Assembly: GCA_965178125.1 (NCBI GenBank)
Contig: OZ237741.1
Span: 1-64,000 of the forward strand
Reading direction: 5' to 3'
Length of the DNA stretch: 64,000 nucleotides
From: Bilabrum cf. latius
Lineage: Eukaryota
Each line of letters starts with the position of its first letter. Within the stretch, counting starts at the first letter, position 1. Below, piece after piece: positions 1 to 12,566 of this stretch. The translations under genes and the position numbers were made by a program. The notes beneath the pieces were generated by a model. The model saw only the letters and a program-made list of their open reading frames with translations. It was not told where the DNA came from and did not search any database.

Positions 1-488
1 GGCTGGTCCAGGGCTGGTCCAGGGCTGGTCCAGGGTCCGACCAGGGCTGGTCCAGGGCTGGTCCAGGGCTGGTCCAGGGTTGTGACCAGGGCTGGTCCAG
101 GGCTGGTCCAGGGCTGGTCCAGGGCTGGTCCAGGGCTGGTCCAGGGCTGGTCCAGGGTCCGACCAGGGCTGGTCCAGGGCTGGTCCAGGGTCCGACCAGG
201 GCTGGTCCAGGGCTGGTCCAGGGCTGGTCCAGGGCTGGTCCAGGGCTGGTCCAGGGCTGGTCCAGGGTCCGACCAGGGCTGGTCCAGGGTCCGACCAGGG
301 CTGGTCCAGGGTCCGACCAGGGCTGGTCCAGGGTCCGACCAGGGCTGGTCCAGGGCTGGTCCAGGGTCCGACCAGGGCTGGTCCAGGGTCCGACCAGGGC
401 TGGTCCAGGGTCCGACCAGGGCTGGTCCAGGGTCCGACCAGGGCTGGTCCAGGGTCCGACCAGGGCTGGTCCAGGGTCCGGCCAGGGT
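1..488. repeat. 11-bp minisatellite with two interspersed unit variants (GGGCTGGTCCA / GGGTCCGACCA); runs off the window start
   Basis: Directly visible tandem array. Confidence 0.97.
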
Positions 489-504
489 TTGTCCAGCAAT
501 GGAC

Positions 505-555
505 GGTCTCCGGGGTTCGAGTCCCGTTGGGGCACATTTTATTTTTATTTTTTTA
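505..555 (+). other. Possible tRNA 3'-end / B-box remnant followed by a T-rich tract
   Basis: CGGGGTTCGAGTCCCGTTGGGGCA then TTTTATTTTTATTTTTTT. The T-arm is imperfect and no 5' half or A box is found. Confidence 0.35.
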
Positions 556-765
556 TGGCTGGGGCCCGGGCCCCCACGACTGGAGAACCGACCCAACATC
601 GTCGGTCCCGGGTCTGAGACCGAGTGGGCGGGCCCGTGTCCCTTTTTTTTTTTTTGGCGCTCGAGCTTCCCCTGGAGTACCCGTGGGTCTCGTGCCCGTG
701 TTCCCTGCCGCATCCAAGCGCCTGTTCGTGGCCTCACCTGTGTTCCCCTGTCACCGCAGAGTACC

Positions 766-2334
766 ATGGCCGCCGCAAAGAGCTACAGCGTCAAGCACAC
801 CAGCAAGTCTCGCCCTATCGTGGCCGCCCTAGCTTCAGGCGTCGCCACGTCCGCGGCCAAGCAGGTCCTGCTGATCTCCCTCGTGGGCCTCCACCAAGAC
901 TGCGGGTTGCTCTGCGGGTCTACCGAGCACTACAAAGGGACCAAGAAGGCGGGCATCAAGGCATGTGTGGATGCCATCCTGGCGCTGGATGAGTCGAAGC
1001 TGCCACCTGGCGTGCTAAATGCGCTGAACCGCCGCCTGTACCCGGCCGCATCAACCAGCTCCGGCTCACCAGGCTTCAGGGTGATGAAGCAGCTGCTCAT
1101 GGGCCTGCGCGAGTGCGACTACTCGGTGTCCAAGAACCCGTGGTTTAAGGCAGGCATGGACGGGCTACGGAAGACCCACAAAGACACAGTTAAGTTCATC
1201 TGCGACAACGGAGCTGGAACGGCCTCTGTGCGTGCATGCGGAGGCATGAAGGCTGTGCTCCAAGACGTGTTCGACGGGCCGATGGAGTACTCTGCTGGAC
1301 CAGCCGCAGGAGATCAAGGTGGCGCTTCGGGAGCCGATACAACTGCGACGGGTAGTGCACCGCGTTCTCGGAAGGGCAAGCGGAGACCCATGTACGATGA
1401 AGACGACGACGAGGATGGCGACGACAACGGCGCCTACACGGCCCGGAGAGTACGGGGTGAGCCGGATTCCGACAACTCAGAGTCCAGCGGATCGGAGAAG
1501 AGCGAGCATGGTAGTGTCTCCAGTGGGTCCAGCGACTCATAGACCGATCGAGCATACGCCGATCTTCTCAGGGCCAAGCGGGCGGCGGAGGCTAAGAGAA
1601 AGGACAAGGCCAAGGCCAAGGCCAAGGCCTTGGCAAAGGCTGCGGGCAAGTCGAAGGGCAAGTCGAAGGGCAAGGCGATGGGCACGGCTGCCGAACCGGC
1701 AGAACCAGAGGGCAGGGAGTCGGATGAAACCGTACCTCGGTCTAAGAGGCAGCCCAAGCGATCGGCCGTCCTCGGACGAGGCTACGGTGGAGGAGCTGGC
1801 CGCGCCATTGACCAGGAGAAGAGGGGAGCAAGTGGCGCAAGGAGTGGAGCAGCAGCATCACTGCCTCGACAGGACTCTGAGGAAGATGAAGAGGAGATCG
1901 GTGGTCGGTACCACGCAGACGCAGCCGGAGAGGAGGACGAGGATGAAGCTCCGATAGGGCTCGTGCAGCAGGACGAGGAGGATGGGGACGAGCTGGATGA
2001 GGAAGAAGAGAACGAGGCCCAGAACCAGCAAGACGACTCTGAGAACGACGGTGGAGTGGAGGACAACGGCTTCACCGACTAGCAGCGGCACCTGGTGGAC
2101 CGCATTCTCACTGCCTGCGATGACACCGCGCTGGGCGTCAGCCGGACTGTCGACGACATGGTCGAGGACGTGCAGGAAACAATTGCAGAGAGGGACCACG
2201 GATTGGGCATGCTCGCAGACCTGATGACGGCCCTCGAGAAGACGGCGGAAGGAGATCTCAATGCGGCAGACGTGGACGCTGTGGAGGCGCTCCTGGCAGC
2301 TGTCGGTGCGGAACCCTCCTCCGATGACGAGTGA
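766..2334 (+). CDS. Hypothetical ~522-aa protein with Lys-rich and acidic low-complexity C-terminal half (needs TAG=Gln)
   Basis: ORFs 82-1542, 1630-2082 and 2095-2334 are in one frame, separated only by TAG (1540, 2080); the gene ends TGA. ATG 766 follows a plausible splice acceptor (ccgcag). No domain recognised. Confidence 0.7.
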
Positions 2335-2585
2335 AAAGCAGCCAGGCGGATGGCAATTGAGGTCAGTGGCAGCTGGGCCAGCTTGTGAGAGGAGCTTGCC
2401 AAAGTGCCAGCCAGTGACCCGTTAGGACGGAATAGTAGGAGCCAAGAGGCATTCTGTTTAGTCTTGGCTGTCAGCCGATGAATACCTTAAGTCAAAGCAA
2501 TCCATCAATCGAATACAACGGTCATGTACACAATACCCATTCTACAATTGACGAATCCACAATGCATTCTACAGAGACAAGCAAT

Positions 2586-5098
2586 TCTTCATCCGGCCAT
2601 ATCGGCGCCGCGCGACAAAAACGGATCCTAATAAAATTTTGCCCCATGTTGTGCCCCAGGACCGACCCAATGCAGTTTGAATCATCTTCATATCTACTCT
2701 GGTTGCCGAGATCTCAATTCCGTATTTTGGTCCACGAAACTCTTCATCCGGCCATATCGGCGCCGCGCGACAAAAACGGATCCTAATAAAATTTTGCCCC
2801 ATGTTGTGCCCCAGGACCGACCCAATGCAGTTTGAATCATCTTCATATCTACTCTGGTTGCCGAGATCTCAATTCCGTATTTTGGTCCACGAAACTCTTC
2901 ATCCGGCCATATCGGCGCCGCGCGACAAAAACGGATCCTAATAAAATTTTGCCCCATGTTGTGCCCCAGGACCGACCCAATGCAGTTTGAATCATCTTCA
3001 TATCTACTCTGGTTGCCGAGATCTCAATTCCGTATTTTGGTCCACGAAACTCTTCATCCGGCCATATCGGCGCCGCGCGACAAAAACGGATCCTAATAAA
3101 ATTTTGCCCCATGTTGTGCCCCAGGACCGACCCAATGCAGTTTGAATCATCTTCATATCTACTCTGGTTGCCGAGATCTCAATTCCGTATTTTGGTCCAC
3201 GAAACTCTTCATCCGGCCATATCGGCGCCGCGCGACAAAAACGGATCCTAATAAAATTTTGCCCCATGTTGTGCCCCAGGACCGACCCAATGCAGTTTGA
3301 ATCATCTTCATATCTACTCTGGTTGCCGAGATCTCAATTCCGTATTTTGGTCCACGAAACTCTTCATCCGGCCATATCGGCGCCGCGCGACAAAAACGGA
3401 TCCTAATAAAATTTTGCCCCATGTTGTGCCCCAGGACCGACCCAATGCAGTTTGAATCATCTTCATATCTACTCTGGTTGCCGAGATCTCAATTCCGTAT
3501 TTTGGTCCACGAAACTCTTCATCCGGCCATATCGGCGCCGCGCGACAAAAACGGATCCTAATAAAATTTTGCCCCATGTTGTGCCCCAGGACCGACCCAA
3601 TGCAGTTTGAATCATCTTCATATCTACTCTGGTTGCCGAGATCTCAATTCCGTATTTTGGTCCACGAAACTCTTCATCCGGCCATATCGGCGCCGCGCGA
3701 CAAAAACGGATCCTAATAAAATTTTGCCCCATGTTGTGCCCCAGGACCGACCCAATGCAGTTTGAATCATCTTCATATCTACTCTGGTTGCCGAGATCTC
3801 AATTCCGTATTTTGGTCCACGAAACTCTTCATCCGGCCATATCGGCGCCGCGCGACAAAAACGGATCCTAATAAAATTTTGCCCCATGTTGTGCCCCAGG
3901 ACCGACCCAATGCAGTTTGAATCATCTTCATATCTACTCTGGTTGCCGAGATCTCAATTCCGTATTTTGGTCCACGAAACTCTTCATCCGGCCATATCGG
4001 CGCCGCGCGACAAAAACGGATCCTAATAAAATTTTGCCCCATGTTGTGCCCCAGGACCGACCCAATGCAGTTTGAATCATCTTCATATCTACTCTGGTTG
4101 CCGAGATCTCAATTCCGTATTTTGGTCCACGAAACTCTTCATCCGGCCATATCGGCGCCGCGCGACAAAAACGGATCCTAATAAAATTTTGCCCCATGTT
4201 GTGCCCCAGGACCGACCCAATGCAGTTTGAATCATCTTCATATCTACTCTGGTTGCCGAGATCTCAATTCCGTATTTTGGTCCACGAAACTCTTCATCCG
4301 GCCATATCGGCGCCGCGCGACAAAAACGGATCCTAATAAAATTTTGCCCCATGTTGTGCCCCAGGACCGACCCAATGCAGTTTGAATCATCTTCATATCT
4401 ACTCTGGTTGCCGAGATCTCAATTCCGTATTTTGGTCCACGAAACTCTTCATCCGGCCATATCGGCGCCGCGCGACAAAAACGGATCCTAATAAAATTTT
4501 GCCCCATGTTGTGCCCCAGGACCGACCCAATGCAGTTTGAATCATCTTCATATCTACTCTGGTTGCCGAGATCTCAATTCCGTATTTTGGTCCACGAAAC
4601 TCTTCATCCGGCCATATCGGCGCCGCGCGACAAAAACGGATCCTAATAAAATTTTGCCCCATGTTGTGCCCCAGGACCGACCCAATGCAGTTTGAATCAT
4701 CTTCATATCTACTCTGGTTGCCGAGATCTCAATTCCGTATTTTGGTCCACGAAACTCTTCATCCGGCCATATCGGCGCCGCGCGACAAAAACGGATCCTA
4801 ATAAAATTTTGCCCCATGTTGTGCCCCAGGACCGACCCAATGCAGTTTGAATCATCTTCATATCTACTCTGGTTGCCGAGATCTCAATTCCGTATTTTGG
4901 TCCACGAAACTCTTCATCCGGCCATATCGGCGCCGCGCGACAAAAACGGATCCTAATAAAATTTTGCCCCATGTTGTGCCCCAGGACCGACCCAATGCAG
5001 TTTGAATCATCTTCATATCTACTCTGGTTGCCGAGATCTCAATTCCGTATTTTGGTCCACGAAACTCTTCATCCGGCCATATCGGCGCCGCGCGACAA
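2586..5098. repeat. 155-bp satellite: 16 apparently identical units plus a partial unit
   Basis: Unit start TCTTCATCCGG recurs at 2586, 2741 ... 5066; the ORF track repeats with a 155-bp period. Confidence 0.98.
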
Positions 5099-5813
5099 CC
5101 CTAACCCTAACCCTAACCCTACCCTAACCCTAACCCTAACCCTAACCCTAACCCTAACCCTAACCCTAACCCTAACCCTAACCCTAACCCTAACCCTAAC
5201 CCTAACCCTAACCCTAACCCTAACCCTAACCCTAACCCTAACCCTAACCCTAACCCTAACCCTAACCCTAACCCTAACCCTAACCCTAACCCTAACCCTA
5301 ACCCTAACCCTAACCCTAACCCTAACCCTAACCCTAACCCTAACCCTAACCCTAACCCTAACCCTAACCCTAACCCTAACCCTAACCCTAACCCTAACCC
5401 TAACCCTAACCCTAACCCTAACCCTAACCCTAACCCTAACCCTAACCCTAACCCTAACCCTAACCCTAACCCTAACCCTAACCCTAACCCTAACCCTAAC
5501 CCTAACCCTAACCCTAACCCTAACCCTAACCCTAACCCTAACCCTAACCCTAACCCTAACCCTAACCCTAACCCTAACCCTAACCCTAACCCTAACCCTA
5601 ACCCTAACCCTAACCCTAACCCTAACCCTAACCCTAACCCTAACCCTAACCCTAACCCTAACCCTAACCCTAACCCTAACCCTAACCCTAACCCTAACCC
5701 TAACCCTAACCCTAACCCTAACCCTAACCCTAACCCTAACCCTAACCCTAACCCTAACCCTAACCCTAACCCTAACCCTAACCCTAACCCTAACCCTACC
5801 CTAACCCCCCTAA
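5097..5813. repeat. Telomeric repeat tract (CCCTAA)n, ~0.7 kb, left-chromosome-end orientation
   Basis: Nearly perfect CCCTAA array with a variant unit near each end. Confidence 0.99.
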
Positions 5814-6355
5814 AGACTGTAAGGGTGGCCATGAGACAGAGCGCTGGATGGGGGTGTGGCCGGACCTGGATGGAGACTGCAAGGGTGGTCATGAGACAGA
5901 GCGCTGGATGGGGGTGTGGCCGGACCTGGATGGAGACTGCAAGGGTGGTCATGAGACAGAGCGCTGGATGGGGGTGTGGCCGGACCTGGATGGAGACTGC
6001 AAGGGTGGTCATGAGACAGAGCGCTGGATGGGGGTGTGGCCGGACCTGGATGGAGACTGCAAGGGTGGTCATGAGACAGAGCGCTGGATGGGGGTGTGGC
6101 CGGACCTGGATGGAGACTGCAAGGGTGGTCATGAGACAGAGCGCTGGATGGGGGTGTGGCCGGACCTGGATGGAGACTGCAAGGGTGGTCATGAGACAGA
6201 GCGCCGGATGGGGGTGTGGCCGGACCTGGATGGAGACTGCAAAGGTGGTCATGAGACAGAGCGCCGGATGGGGGTGTGGCCGGACCTGGATGGAGACTAC
6301 AAAGGTAATGGATGGAGACTGCAAGGGTGATGGATGGAGACTGCAAGGGTGATGG
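5814..6355. repeat. Subtelomeric 60-bp tandem repeat (~8 units) decaying into 22-bp subunits
   Basis: Consecutive 60-nt lines are identical or near-identical; the array abuts the telomeric tract. Confidence 0.96.
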
Positions 6356-6712
6356 GAGTAGTTGAGGTGGACGACGGGAGAGAGTAGAAGGATTCGTGTG
6401 GGTATGGATGGGCTAGTCAGGTCAGGTCAGGTCGCGGGGGTCAGCTTGGCTCGCCGTCATCACACTGCTGCGGTGTTGCCATCCGAGTTGTGGCCACTTT
6501 GCTAAGCATATCTGGATCGAAAGAATAACAACTCAAGGATTGCCAGGAGTTTCCACGACTCTTTTGCATACTTGCCTCCGTACCGCCTGCAGCGAGCGAG
6601 TACCAGCATTGCGATTCAGCACAGCTTGTTATCGATCGTGTGCCACGTGTCTGAGATGGCGCTGCTTGATTTGCAGCTGAGACGGGAGCCCAGGCCCCGC
6701 TGGACAGACAGG

Positions 6713-7993
6713 ATGGCTTGTATTGTAGGACTTGTGCTGCTAAGTGCTCGCTTCGCGTGCTCTCAAGTCCTGCCACTGTAGCCAGACACGTATGCCACGG
6801 AAGAAGAGGCTCTCGCTGCGTTCGACACTGCGTCTCAAACCGGAGCATTTGGAGATCTATCAAAGTCAGAGGGCGAGAAAGAGCTGCACAGCGCAATGCA
6901 TAGAGGGTATTTTGAGTTGGCATAGCACGTGGTACAGACGTACTCGAAGGCTGGCGTGGATCTAACCGCTGCTCTCTATCGTGGATCCAGCTCAATCAAA
7001 AGAAAATTGCAGGGGCTGCAGGAGAGCTTGCAATCTAAGCGTAGCAAACGAGTGTGAGGCAGCGTTGCTGGTGGCTTCCTGTTCCAGACCATGTGCCAAA
7101 CCACCGCGACTGCTTTCAACACTCTTGCGTGCCAACATGAGCTTCTTCGCAGGATCAGCCCAGCCTTCGAGTGGGCTCAATCCGTTGATGACTTGCTGCT
7201 CAATGTTAAGTTTGCGCACAAATTGGATGCTCCTGCTACTTTGGGTTGCAAAAAAGAAGGTCTGGTCATGAACGCGAGCATGCTTGTCTTCCAAGTTGCC
7301 TGCCGCGCCAAAAAGAAGCGGTTCGGGCTGTCCCTGGACCTCCTGCGAGACATTGATCCCGACAAGTCGAGCTGGTCCATGGCCAGCGTGGGGCGCGCCA
7401 CCTTTACGTTGCGAAAGAAGGAATCGGGGCCGTGGGCGAGATTGCTCCGCTCCCGTTAGAAGCTCCCCCACATGCACCGCTGGTGGGCCATGGCTGAGCA
7501 GCACGATTCGGCCCTGCGGAAGTGGAAGCCGGAGAATGCCACCGGCAATGCAACGGCGGCCATCGAACACGGCGACAAGAACAGTTCTGCCAGCAGCGGC
7601 CGCAACAGCACGACCGTGGAGCCAGCTGCATCTAGTGGCGACTCGGCAGGACAAGCGCCTGGCAGCAGCTCCGGCGAGAAGTCGAGCGAGAATTCGCCCC
7701 CTGCCCCTGAGGACAAAGGTGGGGACGAAGAGGGGCAGTCTCGGCTGGACCGCATGCTGGAGCAGATTGACGAGGACGAGGCGGCCCAGCTCAAAGAGGC
7801 GGCCAAGGCGGCGCGCATGCAGAAGCAGGAGGTGGACAGGCAGGCGCGCAAGGACAAGGCGCGCATCGACAAGGAAGCCAAGCAGGCGCGGGAGCAGGTG
7901 CGCCGCGAGGCTGCCAAGAAGCGGGCCAGCGCGAGGAAGGAGGCAGAGGCGGGTGAGGGGGAGGACCAGGAGCAGGAGGAGGAGGAGCACTGA
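6713..7993 (+). CDS. CS-domain (p23/HSP20-like) protein with putative signal peptide and charged C-terminus; intron 7054-7152; alternative ATG at 6656
   Basis: ISPAFEWAQSVDDLLLNVKFAHKLDAPATL...SWSMASVGRATFTLRK...W motif. The GTGAGG..CGCAG intron keeps frame. In-frame TAGs at 6779, ~6922 and 7457; ends TGA. Confidence 0.75.
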
Positions 7994-8106
7994 CTTGCGG
8001 GGATGGGCGACCCCCGGCCCTGCAGTGACTCCTTTGGGGCATCGCATAGCTCACCACTGGGTGCGCACTGCATGGCATGTAGTGATGCAATGTAGTGCTT
8101 GCACGC

Positions 8107-8215
8107 TTGCATGCGATGCACGACACGCAGATTGAGAAGAAGAGTATCGAACCGTACATTGCATGCGATGCACGACACGCAGATTGAGAAGAAGAGTATC
8201 GAACCGTACATTGCA
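8107..8215. repeat. 52-bp tandem duplication in convergent intergenic/3'UTR region
   Basis: TTGCATGCGATGCACGACACGCAGATTGAGAAGAAGAGTATCGAACCGTACA present twice. Confidence 0.9.
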
Positions 8216-8249
8216 GGCGTGGCGCGAGTCCTCAAGCTCAAACACGCGC

Positions 8250-9650
8250 TCAGGAAGCGCCCGACCCGCTGGCAGGGCCCCTTCCCGCCTTGCCCTTCTC
8301 CTCTGCTGCTTCCTCCTTGCCCTCCACTGCTGCCCCGGCGAACACGGCCTGCTTGACGAGCTGCGTCATCTAGGCGCGCTGCAGCTCAGAAGAGGCATCC
8401 GCCAGTGCCTTGGTCGCGCCGGGGAGGCCAACCACTGCGTCCTGCCGCATGGACCCCGCCCCGCTGCTGCCCGTGGCCGCCCGCGCCACCTCTTTCTCGA
8501 GGTCATGGCCGAACGGGAGCGCAGCCGCCCGCTCTGCCTGCCCCGCTGCGGTGGCCAGTCGCTTCTGCAGCGCGTCCCTGGTCTCCTTGTCCCTGTGCGG
8601 GGTGGAGGCCAGCACTCGGGTCCACACGAAGTCCCTGGCCAGCCCGTCGATGACCCGCTTGGAGGTAGAGCTCATGACCAGCTCGATGGGCAGCATGTAG
8701 TACGACTGCGCCACGGGGCCCCACCGGGCCTGCAGCAAGTCGTCCGAGGCGAACACCTGGCCGTCGGGCCCCAGGCGAGCCGGGGGTCTGTAGTCAGTGG
8801 GATAGTTTCTGAAGCAGGCCATCTCCGGGCGCTGCTTGGCGACACTCCTGAGGGGGTCCAGCACGATGCCCACGAAGGGGTCTCCCCGCGCCTTGGACTC
8901 GAAGTCGGTGCCCTTGCTGCTCCACGCCTCCTGACTGATCTGCCATACGTTCTGGTTCTACACATCCACACCACTGAAATAACAGTTGGATAGCTCCCCT
9001 ACCTCGAACGGATGCGAGTGGTACCATCCAATCAGTCGATCCTTCCGAGTGCTGCCAACCATGCTTGTCAGCTTTGGCATGAACTCTGTGACCTCATCTT
9101 TGTCCGCCACCACGGCCGTTTCTGACCCCTCCACTGGAAGAGGGAATGCCTGCGATCGCGCAAGAATCATGACAAAAAAGGCGTGCGCACTTGACTGCGA
9201 TCGATTCACATGGCCAGATGCCGGTGCTTCTGCCGCGGCACGCGCGCGCAGGGATCACCTCACATCCGTCACAACAATACTTTTTGTGTTATCGGGATCA
9301 ACATGTCCGAACATAAACCCGATGATCTCAATAGGTACAGGGTTGTCTTGTCGAGCAAGGCCGGCTTCCACCCCAGCCTGCGCGTGCTGCATCATCTTCA
9401 TTGCTGCCGATGCCGTCACTTGGCATTTATTAAAATAGGCTGGCCTGCAGTAGGAGTCATTCACGAGTTAACGTTGCAGATCGCGGACGCATTGCATCTT
9501 TTCTGCTAGTGTGCAGCAACACTTGCATCCGATGCCAGCGGTGAGATGGTCGTCTCACTCCTTGAACCACGGCTTCTCTAGGGAGAGTTTGTCCAACCTA
9601 TCGTCCTCAAATCCGAATGCCTTGTCACTGACCTTGGAGGGGATTGCCAT
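8250..9650 (-). CDS. CSN5: COP9 signalosome subunit 5 (JAMM/MPN+ metalloprotease), at least 2 introns
   Basis: KPW..., AAMKMMQHA, AFPLPVEGSET, GWYHSHP, FSGVDV[TAG]NQ, PFVGIVLDP, FRNYP. In-frame TAG at 8958 and 8370; ends TGA at 8250. Confidence 0.88.
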
Positions 9651-9768
9651 TTCACTTATTTAGGTGCGAGAACGTAGATCGCTCCTCGCCTCGGGCCACT
9701 CGTCACAAACTTTGAAGGGGCTTGCATCCGCGGCGGCTCATCGCAGCGGCTTCAACGCCACTGGTACT

Positions 9769-11525
9769 ATGGCTATCTCTGACGCTGGACAGTTGTTGTA
9801 CGAGCTGGGAACTCTCTGCAGACAAGGGCTCATCCTTCCATTCGAGCGTAGGATCTTGAAACGTGAGCGGAAGCAGCCGTTAGGACGCTTGCAGCCTGTG
9901 TTGCGACACATGGTACGTGTTTGCTTTGGCATCGCGCCCACTTCAACCCCGCAGATGTGGTTTTCTTGCACTGCGACGTGCTGCACGCACATCTTCGCGC
10001 AAGGCCGCTGTCAGTGCCTGCGCAGGCTCGCGAGATGCAAGCCGTTGCGTCGCAGTGGCTCGCTTCGGCATTTGAAACGCAGTGCAAGGCTAGCAAAGAC
10101 CAGTTGTAGTAGTTCTCTCAGTGTCTTCTCCGGCTTCGAAACGACGAAGCACCCGGGAACTGCAAAGGAAGCCTGGCTCGGGCGGCTGCCTTGCTCGCGA
10201 CCGGTGGTCCTAGCTACGACCGTGTTGCAAACAGCCTGATTCCCAGCGATAGGGCAAGATTGTAGGCCTTTTAGACTCGGCTGGTGGATCTAGGCGTCCT
10301 GTTTCACTTGGAGGCGGCTGCCGGCAGCGGGGTGTGGGGCGCCGAGGTAGATGCTGGCATGGCGAGCGGTGTGGGAGCTGGGTTCGACTCGGACAGCGAC
10401 GCGGGATCTGTGGCTGACAGGCGAAAAAAAGACAGGCCCGTTGTTGATGTGGAGGCCTTGAATGATGCGGATGGAGGCTTGCCATCGGCAGGTGGTTTCC
10501 TAGAGTCGGCCGGGATCGCCATCGAGGGCGAGGACGAGCAAGCGAGGGGAGGGCAGCAGCAGCCGGGGTAGGGGGAGGAGGAGGGAGGAGAGAAGAATTG
10601 GCGGGGGCAGGGGACCCCCACGCGAGGCAGCTCAGCTGGCGCAGTGCCTCCCCCGGGGCTGCCGAATGCTGGCATGTCATCCCCTCAGGGCACTGCCCTC
10701 CGCATGCGCCGCCTGAGGCAGCAGCGGCAGCAGCGGCAGGAGAAGGAGGCAGCAGCAGCCGGTAGGCTGAAGACGCCAGGGAGTGGCACGGGCTCTCCGG
10801 CGGGAAGCGGAGCCCCGCCTCGAGTCAGAACGCCAGGCTCGGGGAGCCGCGCCGCTGCCAGCCAAGCGGGCAGCCCTGCCGATGAGGAGCCGGGGTCTCC
10901 CATCCGGTCCAGGCGGCCCATCGGAGGGGCAGCCGGGAGCGCCCAGCACCCATCGGGGGCACATGCAGCGGGCGGCTTCGCCCCACCAGGCATGCCCTCG
11001 GACGAGATGGCGGTGCTGCGGGGGCTGCAGGAGGCGGGCAGCCAGGCCCCCTTGCGGCCAGCGACTCCAGACGTGAGGGGCGCGGCCCGAGCTCGGGCGA
11101 GAGCTGCAGCCGAAGGGGCACCCGGGAGGACCGGTGAGGTGGCGGCGGGTCGCGCCCCCGCCGGCGGTGAGGCTCCCTTGGAGACGGACGGGGGTGCGCT
11201 ACCCGCCGAGTCTTTGGCGCAGGCCTTCTCCACGCACTCGCTGGCGGGCCCCAGCATGCTGCCCAGCACGCCAAGGGCGGAGAGCCGCGCGCATGCACAG
11301 GCCGGGCCGTCCATCGAGGAGGGCGAGAGCACCCCTCCCGGCCTGCGCATCCGGGCGGCCAGGCCGGGGCCGGGGGCGGGGCCGGCTGCTGCCCGAGTGT
11401 CGCAAGCGGCAGGCACGGACGGGTCTGCGTCACCCCAGGGGGATGCATTGCTGAGAAGGAAGATGAGGAGAGCTCGAGCAGCTGCCGGGAATAGGTCTCG
11501 ACTGGGCGAGGGTGGGTTGCAGTGA
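9769..11525 (+). CDS. Hypothetical low-complexity (G/A/P/S-rich) protein, at least one intron; exon structure approximate
   Basis: ORFs 10284-10571 and 10644-11525 join in frame across TAG 10569; ends TGA. First exon MAISDAGQLLYELG is followed by a GTGAGC donor. Confidence 0.55.
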
Positions 11526-11855
11526 CAGCAGGAGCAAAGAGTCGGCCAGCATGCGGTGCGGTGCGGTGCGGTGCACTGCCGAGGTTGGCTGCGCCGGCGG
11601 TATCCCAAATGGGGGCGGCTGAAAGGCTGGGCATGCGGCCGTATCGAATTCTGCCGACTGGTAAGAGAGAAAGAAAAACCCAAGCATTGTTCCGCTCAAG
11701 CAGCGCCACCGCTTGGTTTTCGGATCCTCTGGATACTGGCGAACCTTCGGCTGATCGGATTTCATCAAAACGAAAGCTCGCGCCATACCGCGTCGACTCA
11801 TTCAAGCCGGCGAGTTCCCACTCCTCCGCATCCAAACATAGACCAAACGCAAGTC

Positions 11856-12197
11856 ATGCTCCGCGCAGCCCGTCAATCTATGCGAATCGTCTCTACTGTG
11901 CGCGCTTGCAGGCTTCCAGTGTACCGCCTGCCGGCTGCATACATGTGCACGGAGGTCAAGCTGCCCAAGAAGCGTCCGGGGTACCTCTCGGGGTACAACA
12001 TGTTCGTGAGGGAGCAGTCAGCCACCATCCGCGAATCTTCGCCAGAGCTTACCCAGACGGAGATCATGCGCAAGGCTGGAGCCGCCTGGAAGGCCCTCAG
12101 CGAGGCCGACAAGGAGCCTTACCAGGCCCAAGCAAAGGCAGACCGCCCCCGCATCGACGCTCTTCGCGCGAAATGGGACGAGGCAAACGGCAAATGA
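11856..12197 (+). CDS. Single HMG-box protein with probable mitochondrial presequence
   Basis: PKKRPGYLSGYNMFVRE...EIMRKAGAAWKALSEADKEPY HMG-box pattern; Arg-rich, acid-free N-terminus. Confidence 0.85.
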   Translation: MLRAARQSMRIVSTVRACRLPVYRLPAAYMCTEVKLPKKRPGYLSGYNMFVREQSATIRESSPELTQTEIMRKAGAAWKALSEADKEPYQAQAKADRPRIDALRAKWDEANGK

Positions 12198-12566
12198 GTT
12201 TGAGGATTACATTGCTGAAGACTAACGCGCGTGTAGGCGCGCGTGCATGTCACAGGACCGGGCGCCGCGTGTCTCAGGTCGTGTGCGATCTAGGATCGCA
12301 CATTCAGATTCGGCCGCGCAAGGGTTGGTATGGCCTTGAAGCCCGTGTTTGTATGTTGCCGTAGTAAATATATTTGATGTTTTGTCGGTCATTCCATGTG
12401 TGATCTGGCTAACGACTATTGAGCCTTGGTGAAGCTCGGCAAGCAGACAGAAAAACAAAGAATAGTGCCCACGAACGTCCCCGTGCAGCAGCAGCAGCAG
12501 GCCACGCAATGAACCCGCCAAATATAATCCAAGATCACAAAGTCAGGCGTGTGAGGGCCAACCTCA

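Noticed and set aside
2586-2740. Satellite unit as a 5S rRNA array (CGGCCATATC...CGGATCC resemblance)
   Set aside because: Similarity is limited to two short words; no box A/C or terminal helix.
2569-4972. Sixteen repeated ~87-aa ORFs on the minus strand
   Set aside because: Artefact of the 155-bp satellite; the ORFs overlap and shift frame with each unit.
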